From the NCBI GenBank assembly GCA_002898375.1, contig BEIN01000002.1:64347-128346 (forward strand): 64,000 bases of DNA, written 5' to 3'. The notes under the pieces were generated by a model. That model worked only from the letters and a program-made list of their open reading frames with translations. It was not told the origin of the DNA and made no database searches. This DNA is from a bacterium HR37. Its GTDB lineage: Bacteria > Desulfobacterota_D > UBA1144 > Nemesobacterales > CSP1-2. The first letter of the stretch is position 1, and every line of letters begins with the position of its first letter. The position numbers and the translations under genes were made by a program. This document shows, piece by piece, positions 7,205-15,939 of the stretch.

Positions 7205-9304
7205 ATGCTTTCCTTTAACGTAGATAAAAGAGGAATAGGGATTTTAAAGATTGGAAAGGGGGATAAAAGCAAGAAGGGGCTTTCATCCAATTTGTTTGTT
7301 GAGCTTGGAAATTTGATTGGAGAAATTGAAGGAGGAAATTATATAAGAGCTGTTATCCTTACGGGGGAAAAAGACGAAGAATTTATCCCGGATATAGACC
7401 TTGAAGAGTTTTTAAAGTTTTCCTCAGAAGATGATGGAAGGTTGTTTAGCCTGCGTGCTCAGGATGTGTTAAATAGAATTGAAAGGTGTAGGGTTCCTTT
7501 TCTTGCAGCTATAAATGGTCTGTGTACAGGAGTGGGGTTTGAGATTGCTCTTGCCTGTAGTTACAAGATAGCCTCAGATAACCCTCGGGTTGCTTTTGGA
7601 TTCCCTGCTGTAAATCTTGGTTTGATTCCCTTTGCAGGTGGAACACAAAGGCTACCCAGGTTGATAGGTATCTCTAAAGCACTTGATGTTTTTCTTAGGG
7701 GGCGTCTTATAGGTACAGCAGAGGCTCTTAGATTGGGTTTGGTAGATGAGGTTGTACCTGAGGAGATTCTTTTAAGTATTGCCCTAGAAAGGGCTCTTAT
7801 GGTTTCTGGTGGTAAGAGGTTAAAATCAAAGCGATTCGGATTTACCAGAGGACTTTTCGAAAAAAACCCTCTCGTTCGCAAGATTTTGTTTAGCAGGGCA
7901 AAAAAGAATCTTGTAGATAAAAGATATGTTAGAAGCCTGGCTCCTCTTATGATTCTTGAGTCTGTAGAGGTGGGAATGGGTGCAAGCTTTAACAGGGGAT
8001 TACATGTGGAGTCTGTGTATTTTGGAGAGCTGGTTGTAAGTGATGTATCACGACAACTGTTAAAGTTCTTTTTATCTGTAGATGATGTTAAGAGGGAGAT
8101 TATCAAACAATCTGGCCATATAGAACCGGTAAAGAAGATCGTGGTAGTTGGTTCAGACCCTTTAGGCTCACAGTTTGCTATTGTTGCTGCTGAGGCAGGT
8201 ATATGTGTAAGACTCTATGACACGGATTATAAAAAGATTGGGGAGGGATTGAGAAATTGCTACAGGTACTTTAAGGGGAAACTTAAATCGGGAGCTATTA
8301 CAGAATTCGATATGAGAAGAAAGTTAAATCTTATAAGTTATACGTGTGATTACACCGGGTTCCGTAATGCTGATCTGGTTGTAGAAACCCTCTTTAAAGA
8401 CTTAGAGAAAAGGCAGGAAATCCTTAAGGGGATTGAGCCGGTTGCTGGCAAGGATACGGTTTTAATGTTGGTTACCTTTTCTACCCCTTTATCTATTATA
8501 TCCTCCGTTCTGTCCAGCTGGCAGGGAAGGGTTGTAGGTGTGCGACCTTTTCTTCCGATTTCCAATACAGGGGTTGTGGAGCTGATCTACCAGGAGGATT
8601 CTCCAAATAGTGCTATTGGTACCGTGGTTGATTTTTTAAGACGCACTGGGATACTTCCGGTATTTGTAAGGGATAAAGAGGGTTTCTTTGCAACACGAGT
8701 TCTTCTTGCCTATCTCTTCGAAGCACTTGAGCTGTTAGGTGAAGGTGCTATGGTTGAGCAGGTTGATGGGGCTATGATAGAGTTTGGATTTCCAAAAGGT
8801 CCATTTGCCTTAATCGATGAGATTGGACTGGAGTTTGTAAGTAAGGTAGGAAAGGAGCTTTGTGAGTCTCTGGGAGAGAGGTTTAAGATGCCACTTCTCT
8901 TGGATAAGATGGCAAGGGAGAAAAATCTAGAGTGGGGAGGGTTCTACAATGCTGAGGGGAAAGTTAACAAGTCAGTTTACAATCTGATTGAAGAAAAGAT
9001 AGTAAACGATAGACTTTTAAAAAGTGACTTTAAGGAAAGGCTCTGTCTTCGAATGCTCAGTGAAGCTATACTTTGCCTTGAAGAGGGCATAATAAGAAAT
9101 CCCAGGGATGGTGATGTGGTTTCTGTTTTAGGCCTTGGTTTTCCTGTTTTCCTTGGTGGTCCATTTCGGTATGCTGATTCTTTGGGATTGGGTATTATTT
9201 TAGAAAAACTGGAAGCTCTCTCCCATAGATTTGGTTCTCGTTTTGCTCCTTCTGGATTGCTAAAGGAGCTTGTACTTGAAAGAAAAAGGTTTTACGATGC
9301 TTGA
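7205..9304 (+). CDS. fadJ: FadJ-type fatty-acid oxidation alpha subunit homolog (crotonase + HAD domains), degenerate motifs
   Basis: AINGLCTGVGFEIALAC, LGLIPFAGGTQRLPRLIG, GFPKGPFALIDEIGL, DGDVVSVLGLGFPVFLGGPF. Confidence 0.85.
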   Translation: MLSFNVDKRGIGILKIGKGDKSKKGLSSNLFVELGNLIGEIEGGNYIRAVILTGEKDEEFIPDIDLEEFLKFSSEDDGRLFSLRAQDVLNRIERCRVPFLAAINGLCTGVGFEIALACSYKIASDNPRVAFGFPAVNLGLIPFAGGTQRLPRLIGISKALDVFLRGRLIGTAEALRLGLVDEVVPEEILLSIALERALMVSGGKRLKSKRFGFTRGLFEKNPLVRKILFSRAKKNLVDKRYVRSLAPLMILESVEVGMGASFNRGLHVESVYFGELVVSDVSRQLLKFFLSVDDVKREIIKQSGHIEPVKKIVVVGSDPLGSQFAIVAAEAGICVRLYDTDYKKIGEGLRNCYRYFKGKLKSGAITEFDMRRKLNLISYTCDYTGFRNADLVVETLFKDLEKRQEILKGIEPVAGKDTVLMLVTFSTPLSIISSVLSSWQGRVVGVRPFLPISNTGVVELIYQEDSPNSAIGTVVDFLRRTGILPVFVRDKEGFFATRVLLAYLFEALELLGEGAMVEQVDGAMIEFGFPKGPFALIDEIGLEFVSKVGKELCESLGERFKMPLLLDKMAREKNLEWGGFYNAEGKVNKSVYNLIEEKIVNDRLLKSDFKERLCLRMLSEAILCLEEGIIRNPRDGDVVSVLGLGFPVFLGGPFRYADSLGLGIILEKLEALSHRFGSRFAPSGLLKELVLERKRFYDA

Positions 9305-9322
9305 TTTAATGAGGGGTAGGTT

Positions 9323-10156
9323 ATGAAAGTACAAAAGCATGATAGGTACCATTTGGTGGTATTAATATTTTCGTTTACAGGTCTTTTACTCTCTCTTTAT
9401 TTAACTTACCTTTACTACAGCAAAGCACAGGCTGCATTTTGTAGTGCTGGTTCTGGATGTGATATTGTACGAGAAAGTCCCTATTCGCAAATTGCAGGTA
9501 TTCCTGTTCCGCTTTTAGGTGTTTTCGGGTATTTCTTAATAGGTGTTTTATCTCTTGTATCCATAAGCAGTAGGGGCAAATGGTTGCTTCTGTATGCACT
9601 TTCACTGGCTGGGTTTGTTTTCTCCGCATATCTAACCTATATTGAGCTTTTTGTTATACATGCCCTGTGTTTCTACTGTGTTGTTTCAGCTATTTTGATC
9701 TCAGCTGTATTTATCATACTGTTGGTTAAAAAACCAACTCTGGCTCCCCAGGAATCCCTTTTAAAGGTTCTCTTGTTAAGTATAGTGATTGCAGGTTCTG
9801 TTCTTATGGGGTCTTTTTTTCTACACCCCAGAGAGGGGGTTTCCTCAAACACAGATAGCTCCTCCCGCGTTGGACTTGCAAAACACCTCTCAAGTATAGG
9901 AGCGGTTATGTACGGATCATATAAGTGTCCACACTGTTTGGCTCAGAAGTATCTTTTTGGAGAGGAGGCCTTTAAGTACATAAAATACGTTGAGTGCCAT
10001 CCAGAGGGGAAAAACGCAAACCCTTCTCTGTGCCTTGAGAAGGGAATAACTGCATATCCTACCTGGGAGATAAACGGAAAATTCTATGTCGGGGCAATGT
10101 CTCTTAAAGAGTTGGCTAGAATCTCAGGGTACTCTTTAGAGAACACACAACCCTAG
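9323..10156 (+). CDS. VKOR-family disulfide formation protein fused to a thioredoxin-like domain
   Basis: Loop cysteines FCSAGSGC, TM CFYC, C-terminal YGSYKCPHC...YVEC...C...YPTW. Confidence 0.88.
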   Translation: MKVQKHDRYHLVVLIFSFTGLLLSLYLTYLYYSKAQAAFCSAGSGCDIVRESPYSQIAGIPVPLLGVFGYFLIGVLSLVSISSRGKWLLLYALSLAGFVFSAYLTYIELFVIHALCFYCVVSAILISAVFIILLVKKPTLAPQESLLKVLLLSIVIAGSVLMGSFFLHPREGVSSNTDSSSRVGLAKHLSSIGAVMYGSYKCPHCLAQKYLFGEEAFKYIKYVECHPEGKNANPSLCLEKGITAYPTWEINGKFYVGAMSLKELARISGYSLENTQP

Positions 10157-10176
10157 GTAAGCTTTGAGGGACTATT

Positions 10177-11868
10177 TCAGTTTAGATCTATTATCCTAAG
10201 GCGTATTCTTTTCTCTCCGTTCCATGTGTTAATCTCAGGTGTAAAAACCATATCTATCTTTTTTGGAACCGAAATGGGCTCTTTTAAGTTAAACCATATT
10301 GCATCAAAGATTTTGTTTCCCTGCCTTACCTTAAGTCCTAGGTGCTTTTGTTTAAAAAAACGCTGGGACAGCACATCAACTGATCTTGCAAGAAACACAG
10401 GCTCTGGATTTCCGATGCCAAAGGGGGAAAGCAGGTTTAACTCTGATACTATTTTCTCGTCTATACATTCAAGATTTACCATGCTATCAATCCTTAGCTT
10501 TAAGACGTTTTCTATTTTTGATTCTCTTACGATGTATTCAAATCTGTCTCTGAACTGTTCTATTCTTTCCTCTCTAATGGATAGCCCAGCTGCAAGCTGA
10601 TGTCCCCCAAATTGCTCAAACAGGTCTTCACATCTGGTTAGAGCCTCGTATATGTTTAGTCCTTCTATGCTCCTGCCGGAGCCTTTTCCTATTCCATCTT
10701 CCCCGATGGAGATAAGCACTGTGGGCTTGTTGTAGATTTCAACCATCTTTGATGCCACTATCCCTATAACACCCGGGTGCCAGTTCTTAGAGGCCAAAAC
10801 AATCGAGCACGATTTGGCAAAATTGGTGCTGGATTCAACCTGCCCAATGGCTTCTTTTAGGATCTTCTCCTCTATTAGCTGCCTTTTTGTGTTTTCCTGA
10901 TTTAGGATTCTTGCAACTTCCCTAGCCTTTTCAATATCCTCGGATATAAGGAGCTCTACAGCAAAACCAGCATTTCTTAACCTCCCTGAGGCATTTACTC
11001 TGGGTCCAAGCTTGTAACCAATATCGTAGACATCTACTTCTCCGCGGATTCCACTTACCTCTTTTAAAGCCTTTATTCCGGGCCTCTTGGTGCGTGTAAG
11101 TCTTTTAAGTCCCTCTTTAACGAAGATCCTGTTTACGTTTACAAGCGATGCACAGTCTGCAACGGTTCCAAGTGCAACAAGATCAAGGTAGTCTCCGAGG
11201 TTTGGTTCGGTTTTTTTGAAAAAACCCGACTCTCTAAGTACCCTTCTAAGTGCAATTGTGAGGTTAAAAATAACACCCACACCGGTTATTTCTTTCCCCG
11301 GGTAGTTGCATCCCGGTTGGTGTGGATTTAGCACTGAAACTGCTTTTGGAAGGATCTGAGGTGGTTTGTGGTGGTCTGTAACTATAAAATCTATCCCAAG
11401 CTTTTTTGCTTCTTCAACCTCTCTCCATGCTGTGATCCCACAGTCACCGGATACTATAAGAGAAACACCTTCAGACTTTAGCTTCCTTATGGCTTCTATA
11501 TTAATACCGTAACCCTCTTTTAATCTGTGAGGGTTATAGTATGTTACCTTTGTTCCGATATTCCTTAGGAATGTGTAAAGCAGAGCAGTTGCTGTAACAC
11601 CATCTACATCGTAGTCACCGTATATAGCTATCTTCTCGTTTCTCTCTATGGCCTTTTTTATTCTCTCTACGGCTTTATCCATTCCCTTTAGAAAGAATGG
11701 GGAAGGGATATCAAAGAGAGAACTCTCTAGAAAGAACTCTGCTTCAACTTCGTCTTTTATTCCTCTATTTATCAAGAGCTGTGCGGTTATTGGAGATATG
11801 TCAAGGGCCTTTGCCAGTTTCTCTCTAAGTCTTGGGTTTTCCTTCTCTATCACCCAGTGTTTCTTCAT
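10177..11868 (-). CDS. recJ: ssDNA exonuclease RecJ
   Basis: YGDYDVDG, EGYG, DCG, TDHH, LGTVAD, GPRVNASGR, GSGRS, GGHQLAAG, PFGIGNPEP. Confidence 0.97.
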   Translation of the reverse strand: MKKHWVIEKENPRLREKLAKALDISPITAQLLINRGIKDEVEAEFFLESSLFDIPSPFFLKGMDKAVERIKKAIERNEKIAIYGDYDVDGVTATALLYTFLRNIGTKVTYYNPHRLKEGYGINIEAIRKLKSEGVSLIVSGDCGITAWREVEEAKKLGIDFIVTDHHKPPQILPKAVSVLNPHQPGCNYPGKEITGVGVIFNLTIALRRVLRESGFFKKTEPNLGDYLDLVALGTVADCASLVNVNRIFVKEGLKRLTRTKRPGIKALKEVSGIRGEVDVYDIGYKLGPRVNASGRLRNAGFAVELLISEDIEKAREVARILNQENTKRQLIEEKILKEAIGQVESSTNFAKSCSIVLASKNWHPGVIGIVASKMVEIYNKPTVLISIGEDGIGKGSGRSIEGLNIYEALTRCEDLFEQFGGHQLAAGLSIREERIEQFRDRFEYIVRESKIENVLKLRIDSMVNLECIDEKIVSELNLLSPFGIGNPEPVFLARSVDVLSQRFFKQKHLGLKVRQGNKIFDAIWFNLKEPISVPKKIDMVFTPEINTWNGEKRIRLRIIDLN

Positions 11869-11888
11869 TTTTGCGTCCCGGTAGAGGA

Positions 11889-12338
11889 TCAGGCTGATTG
11901 TTTTTCTTTAAGGTAATTTACCAATCCTCTGAGCCCAAGGAGATAGCTCTCTTTACCAAATCCCGATACCACACCTACTGCTACATCCGAGATAAATGAC
12001 CTTCTTCTGAATTCTTCGCGTCTGTATATGTTGGATATATGAACCTCAACCGTTGGTATGCTTGTTGAGATTATAGCGTCTCGAATCGCAATGCTTGTGT
12101 GGGTATATGCAGCAGGATTTATAAGTATTCCATCGAATTTTCCGATAGCTTCCTGTATCTTTGTTACAATCTCTCCTTCGTGGTTTGACTGAATTAGCTC
12201 TATATAGACTCCCAGTTCACTTGCCAGTTCCCTAAGCATTGAGTTGATTTCCTCAAGGGTGGTTTTTCCATATATCTCGGGCTCACGTTTTCCAAGAAGG
12301 TTTAGATTTGGCCCGTGAATAACAAGTACTTTAAACAC
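11889..12338 (-). CDS. aroQ: Type II 3-dehydroquinate dehydratase
   Basis: [42 protein letters not shown] 12338 follows GAGGA. Confidence 0.97.
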   Translation of the reverse strand: MFKVLVIHGPNLNLLGKREPEIYGKTTLEEINSMLRELASELGVYIELIQSNHEGEIVTKIQEAIGKFDGILINPAAYTHTSIAIRDAIISTSIPTVEVHISNIYRREEFRRRSFISDVAVGVVSGFGKESYLLGLRGLVNYLKEKQSA

Positions 12339-12339
12339 C

Positions 12340-13041
12340 TTATTCCTCGCTTTTTTTTGATTCCTCCAGCTGTGTTCTTGCTTGTTCAAGTTTCATACGA
12401 ATATTATCGTTTTCTGGATAGGTTTCAAGTAGTTTTTCAAGTATCTTTATAGCCCTTTCATAGAGCTGTTGTTTAAGATATAGATCAGCCATTGTTTCAG
12501 TGTATATCTCGGTATCCACAAACTCAAAATCTTCTTCGCTCAATGATTCGGGGTTTTGTGCTTCCATGGAGTCTTTGTCTTTTCTGTACGTTAGAATCTC
12601 TTTTTTTATCTCTTCTACAGTCTCTATAAGTTCGTTGTCCTCAGGGTGAAAGACAAGAGTTGATAAGGCAAGGTGAAGGGCCTGATCTAATCTACCTTCA
12701 CTTATATATATCTGAATAAGGATTTTGCTTGCATTAACATTATCAGGAGCGTGTTTTATAACCTCTTCCATCTCTTTTTTTGCTTCATCTATCATCCATC
12801 TCTCATAGTAGATCTTACCAAGTATGAACCTTGCTGTAATATTGTGTGGGTTATTTTTTAAGCCCTTTATTAATACTTCTATGGCTTTATCCAATTCGTC
12901 CTGTTTTCTAAGTATCTCACCTAGGAAGACAAAGTCAGAAGAGAAGGGGTTTTCCATTAGGTTTTTCTCGAATTTCTCCTTTAGCTTCTGGATGTCATCT
13001 TCTAATAACAGGTAATTCTTTAGTTCAGATTCCTCTTTCAT
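12340..13041 (-). CDS. Tetratricopeptide-repeat protein
   Basis: Helical repeats ([28 protein letters not shown]) and C-terminal [18 protein letters not shown]. Confidence 0.8.
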   Translation of the reverse strand: MKEESELKNYLLLEDDIQKLKEKFEKNLMENPFSSDFVFLGEILRKQDELDKAIEVLIKGLKNNPHNITARFILGKIYYERWMIDEAKKEMEEVIKHAPDNVNASKILIQIYISEGRLDQALHLALSTLVFHPEDNELIETVEEIKKEILTYRKDKDSMEAQNPESLSEEDFEFVDTEIYTETMADLYLKQQLYERAIKILEKLLETYPENDNIRMKLEQARTQLEESKKSEE

Positions 13042-13200
13042 GGTAACCTTGATATTACTTTAAAATGATAATCTGAGTCAAGGTGGGTACTTTTAGAGAG
13101 TAACGGGTTTTTTAGATGCAGGGATTTAAGGAAATGAAATGGCAAACTTGGGAGTTTTTGTATAGGTTAATATTGTTGTCTTTTTAAGGAGGTTTTATCA

Positions 13201-13746
13201 ATGGCTATAAGGATTAATATATCAAGATACGGAAGGGTAGTGGGTACAAGAGAGGAAGGAAAGAAGGTACAAAGGGATATAGTTCACAGTATAGAGAAGT
13301 TACCTGAGGGAGGTACTCTTATTGTAAATCTAAGGGGGGTAAAGGTACTTAGTGGTTCTTTTGCAGATGAGGCTGTTGTGATTCCCTATCAGAGGCTGGT
13401 TAGCGGTGAGTACGGTGAAAAAAATATGCTTATTGAGTGTAGTAACAGAGAAGTCCTTGAGGATCTTGAAGCAAAGCTTGAGAGAAGAAAGCTTGCTATG
13501 CTTGGCTTGGGAAAGGATTCACAGTGGTATGTTATAGGAAATCTAAATAAATACCTCCAAGAGACTTTGGAGGAAATTGTAAAGAGTAAAAAGGTAACTG
13601 CAGGGGAGCTTGCTCAAAAGCTTGGAATAAGCGTTACCAACTGCAACAACAGGCTTTCTAAGCTCTACAGATTAGGCCTGATAAAAAGAGAGAGGGTTAA
13701 CAATGTAACTGGGGGGATCCTTTATTTCTACAGGTCCATTATTTAA
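13201..13746 (+). CDS. STAS-like (DUF4325-type) domain plus C-terminal winged helix-turn-helix
   Basis: GTREEG...VNLRGVKVLSGSFADE, then TAGELAQKLGISVTNCNNRLSKLYRLGLIKR. AAGGAGG SD. Confidence 0.7.
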   Translation: MAIRINISRYGRVVGTREEGKKVQRDIVHSIEKLPEGGTLIVNLRGVKVLSGSFADEAVVIPYQRLVSGEYGEKNMLIECSNREVLEDLEAKLERRKLAMLGLGKDSQWYVIGNLNKYLQETLEEIVKSKKVTAGELAQKLGISVTNCNNRLSKLYRLGLIKRERVNNVTGGILYFYRSII

Positions 13747-13780
13747 TTTAACGGTCTTGGTTTTCTGGTTTCCTGTTTTG

Positions 13781-13812
13781 TTGATTTTATCATTTTCATT
13801 GAATACAATGAA
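13781..13812 (+). promoter_or_regulatory. sigma70 promoter with palindrome over the -10
   Basis: TTGATT (13781-86), 17 bp, TACAAT (13804-09). TTCATTG-aata-CAATGAA at 13795-13812. Confidence 0.55.
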
Positions 13813-13848
13813 TATATAGTATGGGAAGATAAGGGGGTAGAATTTTAC

Positions 13849-14286
13849 ATGGAAAAGATAAAGGGTACTGTGGAAAAGGCAAATGCAAGGGGCATTAAAC
13901 TCGATGGCAAATGGTATAACTATTCAAAGTTTATGGAAGAAGATATACCTAAGGTGAGTGAAGGTGATAGGGTTGAAGTGGATATTAGCGGTGATTGGAT
14001 AAAGGGAGTAAAGATTCTCTCACATCGTCCCTCTGAACTTGTAGAGGATAGGGAAAGTTACTTTACGGAGAAAAGAAAAAGGGATTTAGAACGTCAGATT
14101 GTAGTTACAAGGCTTGCATGCCTTAACACCGCTACCGAGATTCTAAAATCACACGCACGACCTATTAAGGCCAAAAGCCTGTTTAGAGTTGCTGAAGAGC
14201 TTGAGAACTGGGTCTGGCGTGGTCTAAAGAGGGAAATAGAAAGGGATATTGAAGAAGATAGGATAGAGTTCGAAGGAGAGGAATAA
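13849..14286 (+). CDS. Hypothetical protein; putative OB-fold-like ssDNA-binding protein with acidic tail
   Basis: Beta-rich N-terminus with aromatic residues (KWYNY, DWI), helical RQIVVTRLACLNTA, C-terminal EEDRIEFEGEE. Confidence 0.7.
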   Translation: MEKIKGTVEKANARGIKLDGKWYNYSKFMEEDIPKVSEGDRVEVDISGDWIKGVKILSHRPSELVEDRESYFTEKRKRDLERQIVVTRLACLNTATEILKSHARPIKAKSLFRVAEELENWVWRGLKREIERDIEEDRIEFEGEE

Positions 14287-14305
14287 TGCTTGGTTTGAGC
14301 TGAAT

Positions 14306-15865
14306 TCAGCTTTTCCTTCTTATCATTCTAAGAATGAAGCTTACTTCTTCAATTCTTAGCAGCTTTGATAACCCTATGTAGAGTAGAGCTGGGATCAGCA
14401 TTGATAGTGAGAATACAACTACCTTCTTTAGAGATACTGTGCTTTCAGTCCATTTTTCAATAGAGGCTATAGTCCATGCTGCCAGTCCCATGATAAATGC
14501 TGCAAGTATTACCTTTGCAATGAACAAAAGGTGTTTCTCTATTTCTATATATCCAGCACGCTTTCTCAGTATTAAGAATAGAATGGTGAAATTTAGGATG
14601 GAGGATAAAGAACTTGCAAGGGCAAGACCTAGGTGTTTTAAGCCTAAAACAAACCCTAGTAGATACCCGAAGAAAGCATTTGCCAGGAAAGCAATAAATG
14701 CAACAAGTACTGGGGTCTTTGTATCCTGAATGGCATAGAAAGTTGGGACGGTTATCCTTATTCCTCCAACTGCCCAGAGTCCAACGGCGTAACCGAGGAG
14801 AGCCTCTGAGGTTCGAACGGTTGCTTCGTAGCTAAATTCTCCTCTTTGATAAAGCAGATTGCAAATGGGAATTCTAAGTACTATTAGCCCTATAAGGGCT
14901 GGAATCATAACATATAGCATAAGTCTTAAGGCAAAAGAGTAGCTTTCCCTAAATTTCTCTGTTTCCCCCCTTGTGATATGAGAAGAAAGAGTTGGTAGAA
15001 GCGCTGTGGCAATGGATACGGCTACCGTTCCCAGAGGAAACTCAATTAATCTTTCAGAGTAGTAAAGGTAAGATACCGTTCCTTCGGGAAGATGAGATGC
15101 AAACTGTGTGCTTACAAGTATGTTTAGGTTGTACACTGCAAGTCCAAATATCTGTGGTGCCATAAGGAGTGCAATCTTTTTTACAGCTGGATGGTATATG
15201 TTCCTACTGAAGCTGTGAAGAAGATGTCTTTTCTTTAGAAACGGGATCTGAAACAGAAACTGTAGAGCTCCCCCTATAATTACTCCTATGGCAAGAGAGA
15301 GTATGGGGGGATTAAGGCTCTTGTAAATAAGAAGTATTATACCGATGCTCGTAATATTGAAGATCACCTGTGAGAAAGAAGGGGCAAAAAAATGTCTTAC
15401 AGAGTTTAGGATTCCCATTGAAAGGGCCGTAAGTGATGCAAATATTATGTAGGGAAACATTATACGGTTTAGATTTACAGCTAGATTAAATAGCTCGCCC
15501 TTAAACCCTGAGGCAAAGAGCTTTACTATTAAAGGTGAAAAAACAACTCCAAGGAAGGAGATAACAAGCAATGCAGCAGAGAGTGTGGTAAATGTTGCAT
15601 CGGCAACCTTTTTGGCTTCCTCTTTTCCCTTTTTCTCAAGATATTCCGTAAATACAGGGATAAAAGACACTGTCAGTGAGCCTTCTGCCAGAAGACGCCG
15701 AAGGAGATTTGGAATCCTAAAGGCTACGTAGTAAGCGTCTGTCTCTGCCCGTGCCCCAAACAGGTAGGCTATTACCATATCGCGTATGTATCCTGTTATT
15801 CTGCTTACAAGAGTAAAAAGCCCTACTATGCCTGCAGAACGGGTTATATCTTCTTGATGTTTCAT
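14306..15865 (-). CDS. murJ: Lipid II flippase MurJ (MviN)
   Basis: SRITGYIRD, AFRIPNLLRRLLAEG, YYSERLIEFPLG, FYAIQDTKTP. ATG 15865 preferred over 15904. Confidence 0.97.
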   Translation of the reverse strand: MKHQEDITRSAGIVGLFTLVSRITGYIRDMVIAYLFGARAETDAYYVAFRIPNLLRRLLAEGSLTVSFIPVFTEYLEKKGKEEAKKVADATFTTLSAALLVISFLGVVFSPLIVKLFASGFKGELFNLAVNLNRIMFPYIIFASLTALSMGILNSVRHFFAPSFSQVIFNITSIGIILLIYKSLNPPILSLAIGVIIGGALQFLFQIPFLKKRHLLHSFSRNIYHPAVKKIALLMAPQIFGLAVYNLNILVSTQFASHLPEGTVSYLYYSERLIEFPLGTVAVSIATALLPTLSSHITRGETEKFRESYSFALRLMLYVMIPALIGLIVLRIPICNLLYQRGEFSYEATVRTSEALLGYAVGLWAVGGIRITVPTFYAIQDTKTPVLVAFIAFLANAFFGYLLGFVLGLKHLGLALASSLSSILNFTILFLILRKRAGYIEIEKHLLFIAKVILAAFIMGLAAWTIASIEKWTESTVSLKKVVVFSLSMLIPALLYIGLSKLLRIEEVSFILRMIRRKS

Positions 15866-15939
15866 ACGAGGGGTGTAGTTTATACCAAGACATAGGGTAA
15901 TCAAGAAAGAACTAGCTACTCTGTATTTGTAAGTAGTCT

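Noticed and set aside
13059-13080. AATGATAAT Fur-like site, with TTATCATTTT also near 13787
   Set aside because: Half-sites only, in AT-rich DNA; no full dyad.
13100-14300. Prophage or integrative element around the wHTH and SSB-like genes
   Set aside because: No integrase, att-like direct repeats, tRNA or structural genes seen.
14298-14315. AGCTGAATTCAGCT palindrome followed by Ts as a terminator
   Set aside because: Only a 5-bp stem once a loop is allowed, and it overlaps the murJ stop; too weak to call.
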